64,000 nucleotides of DNA. Origin: Clostridia bacterium. GTDB lineage: Bacteria > Bacillota > Clostridia > TANB77 > CAG-465. Positions 54,984 through 64,000 of the stretch are shown here, piece by piece. Under the pieces are notes generated by a model. It made no database searches and had not been told where the DNA came from. It was given only the letters and a program-made list of their open reading frames with translations. The stretch's first letter is position 1; every line of letters begins with the position of its first letter. The position numbers were made by a program, and so were the translations under genes. The stretch covers positions 7,759-71,758 of the forward strand of contig JAZKXT010000012.1 in assembly GCA_045611765.1 (NCBI GenBank), in the 5' to 3' direction.

Positions 54984-55244
54984 ATGAGTTTGGTCGTGGG
55001 TGAGGCTACTAGAAATCAAGAGGAACGGACACAAGAACAATCTAGAGTTACCGTTAAAGAAATTGCGGTATATAGCGGAGAAAAGTGTGTATTGGCCTGT
55101 ACAGGTACAATTGAAGCACTTGGAAACGGCGCTGTAAAGATTATGGAGTCTAACGGCAATGTGAGCACTGTGTATAACGGTGTTGTTGTGGTAAGAGAAA
55201 AGTCTAAAAACTTTAACGCGTTCAAGCGTGGGACGGACCTTTAA
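54984..55244 (+). CDS. hypothetical 86-aa protein (GC-elevated cassette F)
   Basis: AAGGAGGA ribosome-binding site, then ATG. About 42% GC. Gly-rich and Val-rich small β-type protein (TVYNGVVVV). No confident family. Confidence 0.5.
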   Translation: MSLVVGEATRNQEERTQEQSRVTVKEIAVYSGEKCVLACTGTIEALGNGAVKIMESNGNVSTVYNGVVVVREKSKNFNAFKRGTDL

Positions 55245-55294
55245 CACTACAGAAAACGTACACAATCATTTAAGCATTAAAGCTCCAATACCAA

Positions 55295-55324
55295 AAACCA
55301 GTCAGTTTTGGCTGGTTTTTTCGT
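55295..55324 (+). terminator. rho-independent terminator
   Basis: AAAAACCAG-loop-CTGGTTTTTT. Confidence 0.65.
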
Positions 55325-55464
55325 GTTTATTACAAAAATATTAATGCTAAAAAATATTTTACAGATTTGTTACGTTTTTGTTATAAAGGACTTGAAAAAA
55401 ATTAAAAATACTGTATAATATGGGTAGAAATTAGGATGCCAAATGTAGCAAGGAGGGATTTGTT

Positions 55465-56676
55465 TTGTCAGATATAGTCTTAAGCGAAGCTAAAAAGGTA
55501 AATATACTGGATAAAATAATTCAAAACGTAGTAATAATGGTAAATATAAGTAAGATGAACAGAGCAATCGATGAACATCTTACAGTAATAAAAAACACAG
55601 AAAGAGACGACCAAAAAGCGTATCAAGAAAACATATTAAGAGAAATTGTCTATGTGAAATATCAATATGATATTATGCAAAGAACGATGTACGAATTAAG
55701 AATTTCTTATTCAGATGAAATAGTAGATAATATAAATTCAATAGATAAAATTCAAAGATTAAATTTACAAAAGGAATTTTTAGAAATGGAATATGACAGA
55801 GTTTCTAGAAGTAAATTTAAGAATAAAGAAGATATAAAATATATGCTTTTAATAATATCTTCTGTTATACAAAAAGTAAAACAAGATATTAAAGATGAAG
55901 GCAAGAGCCAAAAGTATAACCAAGTAATTAAATGTGCTGAAGAAATTGATGCAAAAATTGTTGACGGAAGTTACACAGAAACTTGTTATACACAATTATT
56001 TGAATATTTAAAGACATATGTAAATTACATTAATGATAATTACGATATATCTAAACTTCCAAATGATGAAAGAGATATTATAGAGCTTGTAATTGAAGCA
56101 ACTCTAAAAGGCTTAGATTCAGATATTGAAAAACTAAACTATGAATATTCTTTAATTACAAACATTTGTAAGAACTCATACAGATACTTTAAAATAATAG
56201 ACAAAGTATTTGGAAAGATACAAGCCGTTTATGATGAATCTTTAGAAAGAGGAAGCATAGATATAGTAGACTATATTAATTTCTATAAAGAAATATATGA
56301 TACAAAGATAAAAACATTAGTTAATGATGTTCATAGAAGCATAAAAACTGAGGATGAATATTTAGAATATTCAAGACAAATTCACGAAGATGAAGGGTTA
56401 ATGGAATTTATGCTAAATCAAGCGCTTTTAACTACAGAGTCTGAAGTGGTTAGGGAACAAGTAACAGCTGAACTTGAAAAATATGTAGAAGAAGAGCCGG
56501 AACAAACAGAGCAAGAAAATGTTGAAACTGAAGTAGAAGACGATGTAGAACAAACTGAAAGTGAAACAGATGACGTTCAAGATGGAGTTGAAATCGTTGA
56601 AGAACACTTTGAGCTTGATGGACAAACAGAACTTAACGAAGTAGTTGAATTAAAAAGCGAAGTAGAAGCAGTATAA
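55465..56676 (+). CDS. hypothetical all-α protein with a strongly acidic C-terminal tail
   Basis: TTG start 9 nt after a GGAGGG ribosome-binding site. C-terminal EEEPEQTEQENVETEVEDDVEQTESETDDVQDG. Confidence 0.45.
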   Translation: MSDIVLSEAKKVNILDKIIQNVVIMVNISKMNRAIDEHLTVIKNTERDDQKAYQENILREIVYVKYQYDIMQRTMYELRISYSDEIVDNINSIDKIQRLNLQKEFLEMEYDRVSRSKFKNKEDIKYMLLIISSVIQKVKQDIKDEGKSQKYNQVIKCAEEIDAKIVDGSYTETCYTQLFEYLKTYVNYINDNYDISKLPNDERDIIELVIEATLKGLDSDIEKLNYEYSLITNICKNSYRYFKIIDKVFGKIQAVYDESLERGSIDIVDYINFYKEIYDTKIKTLVNDVHRSIKTEDEYLEYSRQIHEDEGLMEFMLNQALLTTESEVVREQVTAELEKYVEEEPEQTEQENVETEVEDDVEQTESETDDVQDGVEIVEEHFELDGQTELNEVVELKSEVEAV

Positions 56677-56776
56677 ATAAAAGAATTTAGACAAAAGAGA
56701 TTGTGTGCAATTTCTTTTGTTTCTTTTTTTTCTTGTAAAAAATAAACAAACAATATATAATGGGGTGGGTGGTAAA

Positions 56777-59700
56777 ATGAATTTCGTACATCTACATATG
56801 CATACAGAGTATAGTTTGCTTGATGGTGCAAATAAAATAAAAGAATTAGTAGCTAAGGTAAGAGAACTTGGGATGAAAGCTGTGGCCATAACAGACCACG
56901 GTAATATGTTTGGCGCTATTGAACTATATAAAGAGTGTAAATCTCAAGGGATAAAGCCAATAATTGGTTGTGGAATGTATGTTGCACCTAGAAGTAGGTT
57001 TGAAAAAGAGGGTAAGGTAGATACTGAACCAAATCATTTAATACTACTTGCGATGAATAACAATGGATACAAAAATTTAGTAAAATTAATATCTATAGCA
57101 TATACTGAAGGGTTTTATTATAAACCAAGAGTAGATTTAGAAGTTCTAGAAAAATATAATGAGGACTTAATTGCACTAAGTGGTTGTATGGCAGGAGCTG
57201 TTGCTAGAAAAATTACAGATGGAGATATAGAAGGGGCAGAAGAAACAGCGGTTCAATATAAAGAAATATTTAAGGATAGATATTATCTTGAGATACAAGA
57301 CAACAAATATCCTGAACAAATGGTAGTTAATCAAAACTTGGTAGCAATGTCTAATAAATTAGACATTCCACTGGTTGCAACTAATGACTGTCATTATTTG
57401 ACTAAAGAAGATTACTATGCGCATGAAGTTTTACTATGTATACAAACTAAAAAGAAGATGTCAGATACGGATAGAATGAGATTTGAGACAAATGAATTCT
57501 ATGTAAAATCTCCTGAAGAAATGGAAAAAGCATTTAGAAATGTTATATCGGCAGTAGAAAATACAGGAAAAATTGCGGATAAATGTAATGTGGAATTTGA
57601 ATTTGGCCATACAATTCTACCTAATTTTGATATACCAGATAACATCACACATTATGACTTCTTTAGAAATTTCTGCTATGACGGATTGAAAAAAAGGTAC
57701 TCTGGTGAAGATTATGAAAAGGCTGCTGAAAGACTAGAATACGAACTTGGCGTAATAGATAAAATGGGATTTATAGACTACTTTTTAATAGTGTCGGACT
57801 TTATACGTTATGCTAAAGAACAAAAAATACCGGTGGGACCTGGAAGAGGCTCTGGTGCAGGTTCTGTTGCGGCATATGCTAGTGGAATTACAGACATTGA
57901 CCCTTTAAAATTCAACTTAATCTTTGAAAGATTTTTAAATCCTGAAAGAATAAGCATGCCGGATTTTGACGTAGACTTTTGTTTTGAAAGAAGACCAGAG
58001 GTAATAGAGTACGTGGCGGAAAAATACGGTAAAGACCACGTAGCACAGATTATAACATTTGGTACAATGAAAGCTAAAGGTGCAATACGTGATGTTGCTC
58101 GTGCAATAGATATTCCATACCAAAGGGCTGATGAAATTGCAAAAATGATACCCAATGACCTTAAAATGACTATAGAAAAAGCACTTGAAATAAACCAAGA
58201 ACTAAAACTTCTTTACGATAACGATGATGAAGCTAAAAAGCTTATTGAACTTGCAATGAAGGTAGAAGGACTTCCAAGGCATGCCTCTACTCATGCTGCA
58301 GGTGTTGTTATTACAAAAGACCCGGTAGACACATACGTACCTTTATACGTAAACCAAGATCAGATATCTACGCAATATACAATGACAACGCTAGAGGAAT
58401 TAGGACTACTTAAAATGGACTTTTTAGGACTTAGAACACTTACGGTAATAAACGATGCAAAGTATTTGGTAAAGAAAATACACGGTATAGATGTGGATTT
58501 CGGGGATAACTACGATGATAGAGATGTATACAAGTTGCTATCTGAAGGAAAAACAACAGGTGTATTCCAGTTAGAAAGTGGTGGCTTTAAGCAGATGATG
58601 AAGGAACTTAAGCCAACTACAATAGAGGATATAGCTGTTATGTTATCGTTATATAGGCCTGGACCTATGGACCAGATCCCAAGATATATTAGATGTAAAA
58701 ATGATCCAGAACATATTGAATATACACATCCGGCATTAGAATCTATTTTAAAAACAACATATGGTTGCATGGTTTACCAAGAGCAAGTAATGCAAATATT
58801 TAGAGACCTTGCAGGATATAGCTTTGGTAGAGCTGACCTTGTACGTCGTGCGATGGGTAAGAAGAAAATAGATGTAATGAATAAAGAAAGAGAAATATTC
58901 ATTAATGGATTAGTAGAAAACGAAATTCGTGTAATAGATGGCGCAGTAAATAGGGGAATTGATGAAACTAGTGCAAATAAAATATTTGATGAAATGGCAG
59001 AGTTTGCAAAGTATGCATTCAATAAATCTCATGCTGCTGCATATGCTGTTGTGTCTTACCAAACAGCGTGGCTTAAAGTGCATTATCCTGCCGAGTTTAT
59101 GGCAGCCACTATGAATAGCTTTTTGGGAAATTTAGATAAAGTTCCGGAATATATTGCGGAATGTAAATTGCTTGGAATAAATGTGTTAAGACCAGATATA
59201 AACGAAAGTTATGCGCGTTTTGCCGTTATAAATGGAAATGTTAGATTTGCTTTAGCATCAATTAAAAATATAGGTGAATCTGCTATAGAGCAAATTACTG
59301 AAGAAAGAAAGAAAAATGGTAAATACAAAAGCTTTGTGGATTTTCTAGAACGTGTACAAAGTGAAAGAGTAAATAAAAAATGTATTGAATCTTTAATTAA
59401 AGCTGGAGCCTTTGATGAACTTGAAAAAGAATATAACAGATATGATCTCCTAGCAAATTATGAAAGCATTATAGATTCAATTGCAAATGAGAGAAGAGGA
59501 AACATCGCAAATCAAGTTAATCTTTTTGATGCTATAAGTGATACTGTAGAAGTAGCAAAACATAATATTTTAAGAACAGGCACGGTGCCAACTAAACGTG
59601 AAATGCTAGACATGGAAAAGGAAATGACAGGACTTTATGTATCAGGTCATCCATTAGATGATTATATGGAAAAAATACAAAAAGTATCTACAATTATTAC

Positions 59701-60256
59701 ATCTGAACTACTAGAAGCAGCTAACGAAACGGATACAGAAGAGACGGAAACCACTTCTTTAGATAAATATGATGGTAAAGAGGCTGTAATGTGTGGATTA
59801 ATTACAAATCTCAAAAAGATATTTACAAAAAACAATAGACAAATGGCGTTTTCAGAATTTGAAGATGTCTATGGTTCTATTGAAGCGGTATTTTTTCCTA
59901 ATGTATATGAAAAAAATGCGAGTTTAATTGCTTCAGATAAAGTAGTAGAGCTTAAAGGAAAGATAAATTTCAAGGAAAATGAGAAACCTAAAATATTGGT
60001 AGACAGTATAAAAGAATTAGGCGTGTATAGCAAATTATTCGTAAAAATTAAATGCGATGAAACAGAAGAACAAGCTAAAACAAAAGAACTTTTTGAACTT
60101 TTGAAAGGTAATGATGGTGAAATTCCGGTATATGTATATTTTGAAAATAGAGAAGATTTGAAAATGCTTTCAAGAAATTGGTGGGTAAATCCAACGGATA
60201 GATTTATGCAAAATATAATGAGACATTTTGGTAACGAAAATGTAAAACTTGTATAG
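56777..60256 (+). CDS. dnaE: DNA polymerase III α subunit (DnaE type)
   Basis: PHP domain (MNFVHLHMHTEYSLLDGANKIKELV...AVAITDHGNMFG), polymerase core, and C-terminal OB fold. The true ATG is at 56777; the ORF-track extension is spurious. Confidence 0.93.
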   Translation: MNFVHLHMHTEYSLLDGANKIKELVAKVRELGMKAVAITDHGNMFGAIELYKECKSQGIKPIIGCGMYVAPRSRFEKEGKVDTEPNHLILLAMNNNGYKNLVKLISIAYTEGFYYKPRVDLEVLEKYNEDLIALSGCMAGAVARKITDGDIEGAEETAVQYKEIFKDRYYLEIQDNKYPEQMVVNQNLVAMSNKLDIPLVATNDCHYLTKEDYYAHEVLLCIQTKKKMSDTDRMRFETNEFYVKSPEEMEKAFRNVISAVENTGKIADKCNVEFEFGHTILPNFDIPDNITHYDFFRNFCYDGLKKRYSGEDYEKAAERLEYELGVIDKMGFIDYFLIVSDFIRYAKEQKIPVGPGRGSGAGSVAAYASGITDIDPLKFNLIFERFLNPERISMPDFDVDFCFERRPEVIEYVAEKYGKDHVAQIITFGTMKAKGAIRDVARAIDIPYQRADEIAKMIPNDLKMTIEKALEINQELKLLYDNDDEAKKLIELAMKVEGLPRHASTHAAGVVITKDPVDTYVPLYVNQDQISTQYTMTTLEELGLLKMDFLGLRTLTVINDAKYLVKKIHGIDVDFGDNYDDRDVYKLLSEGKTTGVFQLESGGFKQMMKELKPTTIEDIAVMLSLYRPGPMDQIPRYIRCKNDPEHIEYTHPALESILKTTYGCMVYQEQVMQIFRDLAGYSFGRADLVRRAMGKKKIDVMNKEREIFINGLVENEIRVIDGAVNRGIDETSANKIFDEMAEFAKYAFNKSHAAAYAVVSYQTAWLKVHYPAEFMAATMNSFLGNLDKVPEYIAECKLLGINVLRPDINESYARFAVINGNVRFALASIKNIGESAIEQITEERKKNGKYKSFVDFLERVQSERVNKKCIESLIKAGAFDELEKEYNRYDLLANYESIIDSIANERRGNIANQVNLFDAISDTVEVAKHNILRTGTVPTKREMLDMEKEMTGLYVSGHPLDDYMEKIQKVSTIITSELLEAANETDTEETETTSLDKYDGKEAVMCGLITNLKKIFTKNNRQMAFSEFEDVYGSIEAVFFPNVYEKNASLIASDKVVELKGKINFKENEKPKILVDSIKELGVYSKLFVKIKCDETEEQAKTKELFELLKGNDGEIPVYVYFENREDLKMLSRNWWVNPTDRFMQNIMRHFGNENVKLV

Positions 60257-60340
60257 TTGTTTTGTAACAACAACTTTGATATAATGGTGACACGATGTCG
60301 AAAAAACACGAAAAAATAATTTTAAAGTGAGGGATAATAT

Positions 60341-60787
60341 ATGGCAAACAGTAGTAATATTCGTAGTGGCAATATGAGAGTTCCTCATATGGTTGAGGAA
60401 GTCAACAAGCGGATTGCGGTTCTAGAACTGGGGTATAATCCGGAAACAATGCCTAAAAGAGTAAAGATAAAGCTGGAACAAGGAAGAAACTTCTTAGAAA
60501 TGATTAGCAAACCGCCTTATTGTACATGTAAGACTGTAAGCTCTTTAACACATATGATTAGTGATCGCCGGTCGGATTTACAGGCTAGGAGCATGGCTCT
60601 AGACTATAATATGCCGGGACATCAATTCAGTTTGTTTGAGCAACCTCAAGAAGTAACTCCTGAACAGCAAGAAGAAATTGCCAGAGAACAAATGTGGCTT
60701 AATCATGAGATTAATTGGCTGCACAAATGTTTGGGGATTTGTAAAAATAGAGATTATTTCGAGTATGCAAGACAGAGTGCTGATTAA
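60341..60787 (+). CDS. hypothetical 148-aa protein (GC-elevated cassette E)
   Basis: GTGAGGGA ribosome-binding site. Its own promoter (TTGTTT-17-TGATATAAT) and an 11-bp terminator hairpin at 60774–60800. Confidence 0.5.
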   Translation: MANSSNIRSGNMRVPHMVEEVNKRIAVLELGYNPETMPKRVKIKLEQGRNFLEMISKPPYCTCKTVSSLTHMISDRRSDLQARSMALDYNMPGHQFSLFEQPQEVTPEQQEEIAREQMWLNHEINWLHKCLGICKNRDYFEYARQSAD

Positions 60788-60896
60788 ATATCAGCACTCT
60801 GTTCATTTGAGTAAAAGTAGGTATTAAAATTCAAGAAACACTTGTAAATTTGAGGCGTGTGTAATATAATATTATCATTAAATTTGGGGTAAATTT

Positions 60897-61778
60897 ATGA
60901 AAAAAATAAGACTTATATATAATAAATCGGCTGGCCAAAACAAGTCTAGTGGAATTATAAGTGAGATAATAGGAAAATTTAATGAAAATGGTTTTGAAGT
61001 GACAGCTTTTCGCGCTTCAAGAGATAATTCATGCGAGAGTTTTGTGCGTGAAACACCTGAAGATACATATGCACTTGTTGTAGCTGGTGGAGATGGAACA
61101 ATAAACAAAGTTGTGAACTTTATGATGAAGTATAATATAAATGTACCACTTGGTATTGTGCCAGCTGGAACATCGAATGATTTTGCAAAACATATAGGTA
61201 TATTCGGGAATATAGATGCATCTGTGGAAAAGATAATAGATGGAAATATAGAAGCGGTAGATGTAGGTAAAGTTAACGATACTTATTTTATAAATGTTCT
61301 GTCTGCAGGAATGTTTTCTAGCACTTCATATAAAACAGATAAACGACTCAAAGCAATTCTTGGACATTTATCATATTTCCTAACAGCTGCTAAGCAACCA
61401 TTTGAACAAAAACCGTTTAAAATTAGAATTGAAACAGAAGATGCTGTTTTAGAAGAAAACGTTGTTGTTTTTATAATATTTAATGGAAGTAGCGTAGGAA
61501 GAATAGATTTATTTTCAGACAATTCAAGCATACAAGATGGAATGTTAGATATGGTAATATTAAGGAATGGTAAACTTAATGAAACATTAAAAATACTCGG
61601 AGAATTTGAAAACGGAGAATTTTTATCTAATGATAACGTAGTTTATCTAAAAGATAAAAAGTTTAAAATAACTATGCTAGAAGGTAAATGTGATAGACCA
61701 GATGTGGATGGGGATGAAGGCCCAGAGTTTCCACTTAATGTTGAATGTATAGAAAAAGGAATAAGCATGTTTCTATAA
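60897..61778 (+). CDS. diacylglycerol kinase-family lipid kinase (DagK/YegS-like)
   Basis: DAGK catalytic motif (ALVVAGGDGTINKVVN; GIVPAGTSNDFAK). Confidence 0.8.
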   Translation: MKKIRLIYNKSAGQNKSSGIISEIIGKFNENGFEVTAFRASRDNSCESFVRETPEDTYALVVAGGDGTINKVVNFMMKYNINVPLGIVPAGTSNDFAKHIGIFGNIDASVEKIIDGNIEAVDVGKVNDTYFINVLSAGMFSSTSYKTDKRLKAILGHLSYFLTAAKQPFEQKPFKIRIETEDAVLEENVVVFIIFNGSSVGRIDLFSDNSSIQDGMLDMVILRNGKLNETLKILGEFENGEFLSNDNVVYLKDKKFKITMLEGKCDRPDVDGDEGPEFPLNVECIEKGISMFL

Positions 61779-61817
61779 CAAATAAAAATATATAATTAAT
61801 GAGAAAGAAGGATTAAT

Positions 61818-64000
61818 ATGTACGATAAAATTATAGATAAAAAATGGCAAGATAAATGGTATTCGTCAGATTGTTTTAATGCAACAGATGATACTTCAAA
61901 AGGAAAGTTTTATGGACTAGTTGAATTCCCTTATCCATCAGGGGTAGGACTTCATATAGGTCACGTAAAAGCATATATTGGACTAGATGTAATTTCTAGA
62001 AAGAAGAGACTAGAAGGATACAATGTATTGTTTCCAATAGGTTGGGATGCTTTTGGTCTTCCTACAGAAAACTACGCAATAAAAACAGGAATACATCCTA
62101 GAGTTGTAACTGACCAAAATATTGAAAGATTTACAGAACAATTAAAAAAAGTGGGTTTTGCTTTTGATTATTCAAGACAGGTAGATACAACAGATCCTGC
62201 ATATTATAAATGGACACAATGGATATTCTTAAAATTATATGAAAAAGGACTAGCATATAAAGATATAACGGAAGTAAACTATTGTCCAAATTGTCAAGTT
62301 GTACTTTCTAACGAAGAGTCACAAGGTGGAAAATGTGACAGATGTGATGGTGAAGTTATTCAAAAGGAAAAAGAAGTTTGGATGTTAAAGATAACAGACT
62401 ATGCTGAAAAATTGCTTGAAGGATTAAACGAAGTAGATTTCCCAGAGAGAGTAAGAGTACAACAGGAAAATTGGATAGGTAAATCTACGGGTGCGGAAGT
62501 AGACTTCAAATTAAAAGACTTAGATGATACATTAAAAATTTATACAACTAGAGCGGACACAATGTTTGGTGTAACATTTATGGTTATTGCGCCAGAACAT
62601 CCAATGCTAAAAAAATATGCGGATAAAATAGAAAACCTAAAAGAAATAGAAGAATATGCATTAAATGCAAAGAAAAAGACTGAGTTTGAAAGGGTACAAC
62701 TTGCTAAAGATAAAACAGGAGTTGAAATTAAAGGCATAAAGGCAATAAATCCTGCAAATGGCAAAGAAGTACCAGTTTGGGTTTCAGATTATGTTATGAT
62801 GGGATATGGTACAGGGGCTATAATGGCAGTACCAGCTCATGATACACGTGACTATGAATTTGCTAAAAAGTTTGGTATAGATATAATTCAAGTAATTGAA
62901 GGCGGAGATATAACGAAAGAAGCTTACACAGATATAGCAAATGGAACAATGATGAACTCTGACTTCCTAAATGGTAAGAGTGTAAAAGATGCTATAGCAA
63001 CAATGATTGAATATGTTGAGGCTAAAGGATATGGACTGGCTAAAACAAATTATTTTATGAAGGATTGGGCTTTTGCTCGTCAAAGATATTGGGGAGAGCC
63101 AGTACCTATCATAAAATGTAAAAAATGTGGACTTGTTCCTGTTCCTGAAAAAGATTTGCCAGTAACATTACCAAATCTTAAAGAATTTAAACCTGGTCAA
63201 AATGGAGAATCTCCACTAGCCGAAGCTACTGAATGGGTAAATACAACTTGTCCTTGCTGTGGTGGTGAAGCTGAAAGAGAAACAGATACAATGCCACAAT
63301 GGGCTGGTTCTAGTTGGTATTTCTTAAGATATATTGACCCAAGAAATGATTTAGAATTAGCAAGTTTAGATAAATTAAAATATTGGTTACCAGTAGATTG
63401 GTACAATGGTGGTATGGAACACGTAACACGTCACTTAATTTACTCAAGATTCTGGCATAGATTTTTATATGATATAGGTGTTGTGCCAACTAAAGAACCA
63501 TATGCTAAACGTTCAACACAAGGGCTAATACTAGGTTCTGACGGAGAAAAAATGTCTAAATCTAGAGGGAATGTAATTAATCCAGATGACATTGTAAATG
63601 AATATGGAGCAGATACTTTAAGAACATATATGCTGTTTATTGGCGAATATGATGAGGCGGCTCCATGGAATGATAACGGAGTTAAGGGTGCTAAAAAGTT
63701 CTTAGACAGAGTTATGAGATTAGACAGTTTAGTTGTAGATAAGTATGAAAAAGAAGATGAGGAACTTGCAAGAGAACTAAACAAGACGATTAAGAAAGTA
63801 ACTGAAGATTATGAAGCTATGAAATTTAATACTGCAGTTGCACAAATGATGACGTTTGTAAATGTTGTGTATAAAAAAGGAGTAATCTCTAAAGAAGATT
63901 TAAGCAAATTCTTAATTATATTAAATCCAACAGCTCCACATGTAGCAGAAGAATTATGGAACAAATGCATAGATAACGCTTCTATGATAGTAGACCAAGA
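61818..64000 (+). CDS. leuS: leucine--tRNA ligase (3' end outside the window)
   Basis: HIGH motif (PYPSGVGLHIGHVKAY), CP1 and zinc-binding Cys pairs, and KMSKS motif (GEKMSKSRGN). No stop codon before the end of the window. Confidence 0.93.
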   Translation, partial: MYDKIIDKKWQDKWYSSDCFNATDDTSKGKFYGLVEFPYPSGVGLHIGHVKAYIGLDVISRKKRLEGYNVLFPIGWDAFGLPTENYAIKTGIHPRVVTDQNIERFTEQLKKVGFAFDYSRQVDTTDPAYYKWTQWIFLKLYEKGLAYKDITEVNYCPNCQVVLSNEESQGGKCDRCDGEVIQKEKEVWMLKITDYAEKLLEGLNEVDFPERVRVQQENWIGKSTGAEVDFKLKDLDDTLKIYTTRADTMFGVTFMVIAPEHPMLKKYADKIENLKEIEEYALNAKKKTEFERVQLAKDKTGVEIKGIKAINPANGKEVPVWVSDYVMMGYGTGAIMAVPAHDTRDYEFAKKFGIDIIQVIEGGDITKEAYTDIANGTMMNSDFLNGKSVKDAIATMIEYVEAKGYGLAKTNYFMKDWAFARQRYWGEPVPIIKCKKCGLVPVPEKDLPVTLPNLKEFKPGQNGESPLAEATEWVNTTCPCCGGEAERETDTMPQWAGSSWYFLRYIDPRNDLELASLDKLKYWLPVDWYNGGMEHVTRHLIYSRFWHRFLYDIGVVPTKEPYAKRSTQGLILGSDGEKMSKSRGNVINPDDIVNEYGADTLRTYMLFIGEYDEAAPWNDNGVKGAKKFLDRVMRLDSLVVDKYEKEDEELARELNKTIKKVTEDYEAMKFNTAVAQMMTFVNVVYKKGVISKEDLSKFLIILNPTAPHVAEELWNKCIDNASMIVDQ

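Noticed and set aside
54984-55244. Calling cassette F SpoVS or YabP
   Set aside because: The size (86 aa) and composition fit, but my recollection of the SpoVS and YabP sequences aligns only weakly with this protein. It is left as hypothetical.
1-64000. CRISPR arrays, tRNA genes, rRNA genes, or IS/transposase genes
   Set aside because: No regularly spaced direct repeats, cloverleaf-like conserved tRNA sequences, rRNA-like GC-rich stretches, or transposase or integrase ORFs were seen anywhere in the window.

Overview
The window is a 64-kb segment from a low-GC (about 28–30%) Firmicute chromosome, very likely a spore-forming Clostridia-like organism. This rests on the dense σA-type TTGACA-17-TATAAT promoters, the GerK-type germinant receptor operon, and YtfJ, BofC-like and YabP/SpoVS-sized sporulation genes. 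Housekeeping genes are densely packed. On the + strand, in order: ctpA (5' partial), veg, recA-recX, scpA, ytfI/ytfJ, a repeat-rich surface protein, gerKA-KC-(D)-KB, znuACB, a YqeG-like HAD phosphatase, a prepilin peptidase, secA, ybjQ, nifU/iscU, a NUDIX hydrolase, the rpmG-secE-nusG-rplK-rplA cluster, rplJ-rplL, tex, comEC, scpB, addB, dnaE, a DAG-kinase-family lipid kinase and leuS (3' partial). On the − strand: tyrS, porGDAB and clpE. No rRNA, tRNA or CRISPR array was seen. Three aspects stand out. (i) The ribosomal protein cluster is split between rplA and rplJ by about 5.8 kb of accessory DNA, which includes a GC-elevated TPM–TPM–LemA operon, and rplL is not followed by rpoB/rpoC. (ii) Three tandem paralogous small proteins each carry two MraZ/AbrB-like D-x-x-x-R half-domains; they have their own promoter and lie next to twin terminator hairpins that share a 16-nt core. 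(iii) About eight single-gene cassettes (19324–19920, 25337–26290, 26413–26955, 50507–50776, 54984–55244, 60341–60787, and more weakly 14214–14465 and 36205–36660) have a G+C content well above background, and each has its own near-consensus σA promoter, usually a palindromic 5'-UTR element, and its own terminator. There are also a decayed ParDE-like toxin-antitoxin locus with an in-frame stop, an addB without the usual downstream addA, unlinked scpA and scpB, tyrS and leuS with no room for T-box leaders, and a short L33 gene (rpmG) that the ORF track misses. All coordinates are approximate and come from reading the sequence; no homology searches were run.
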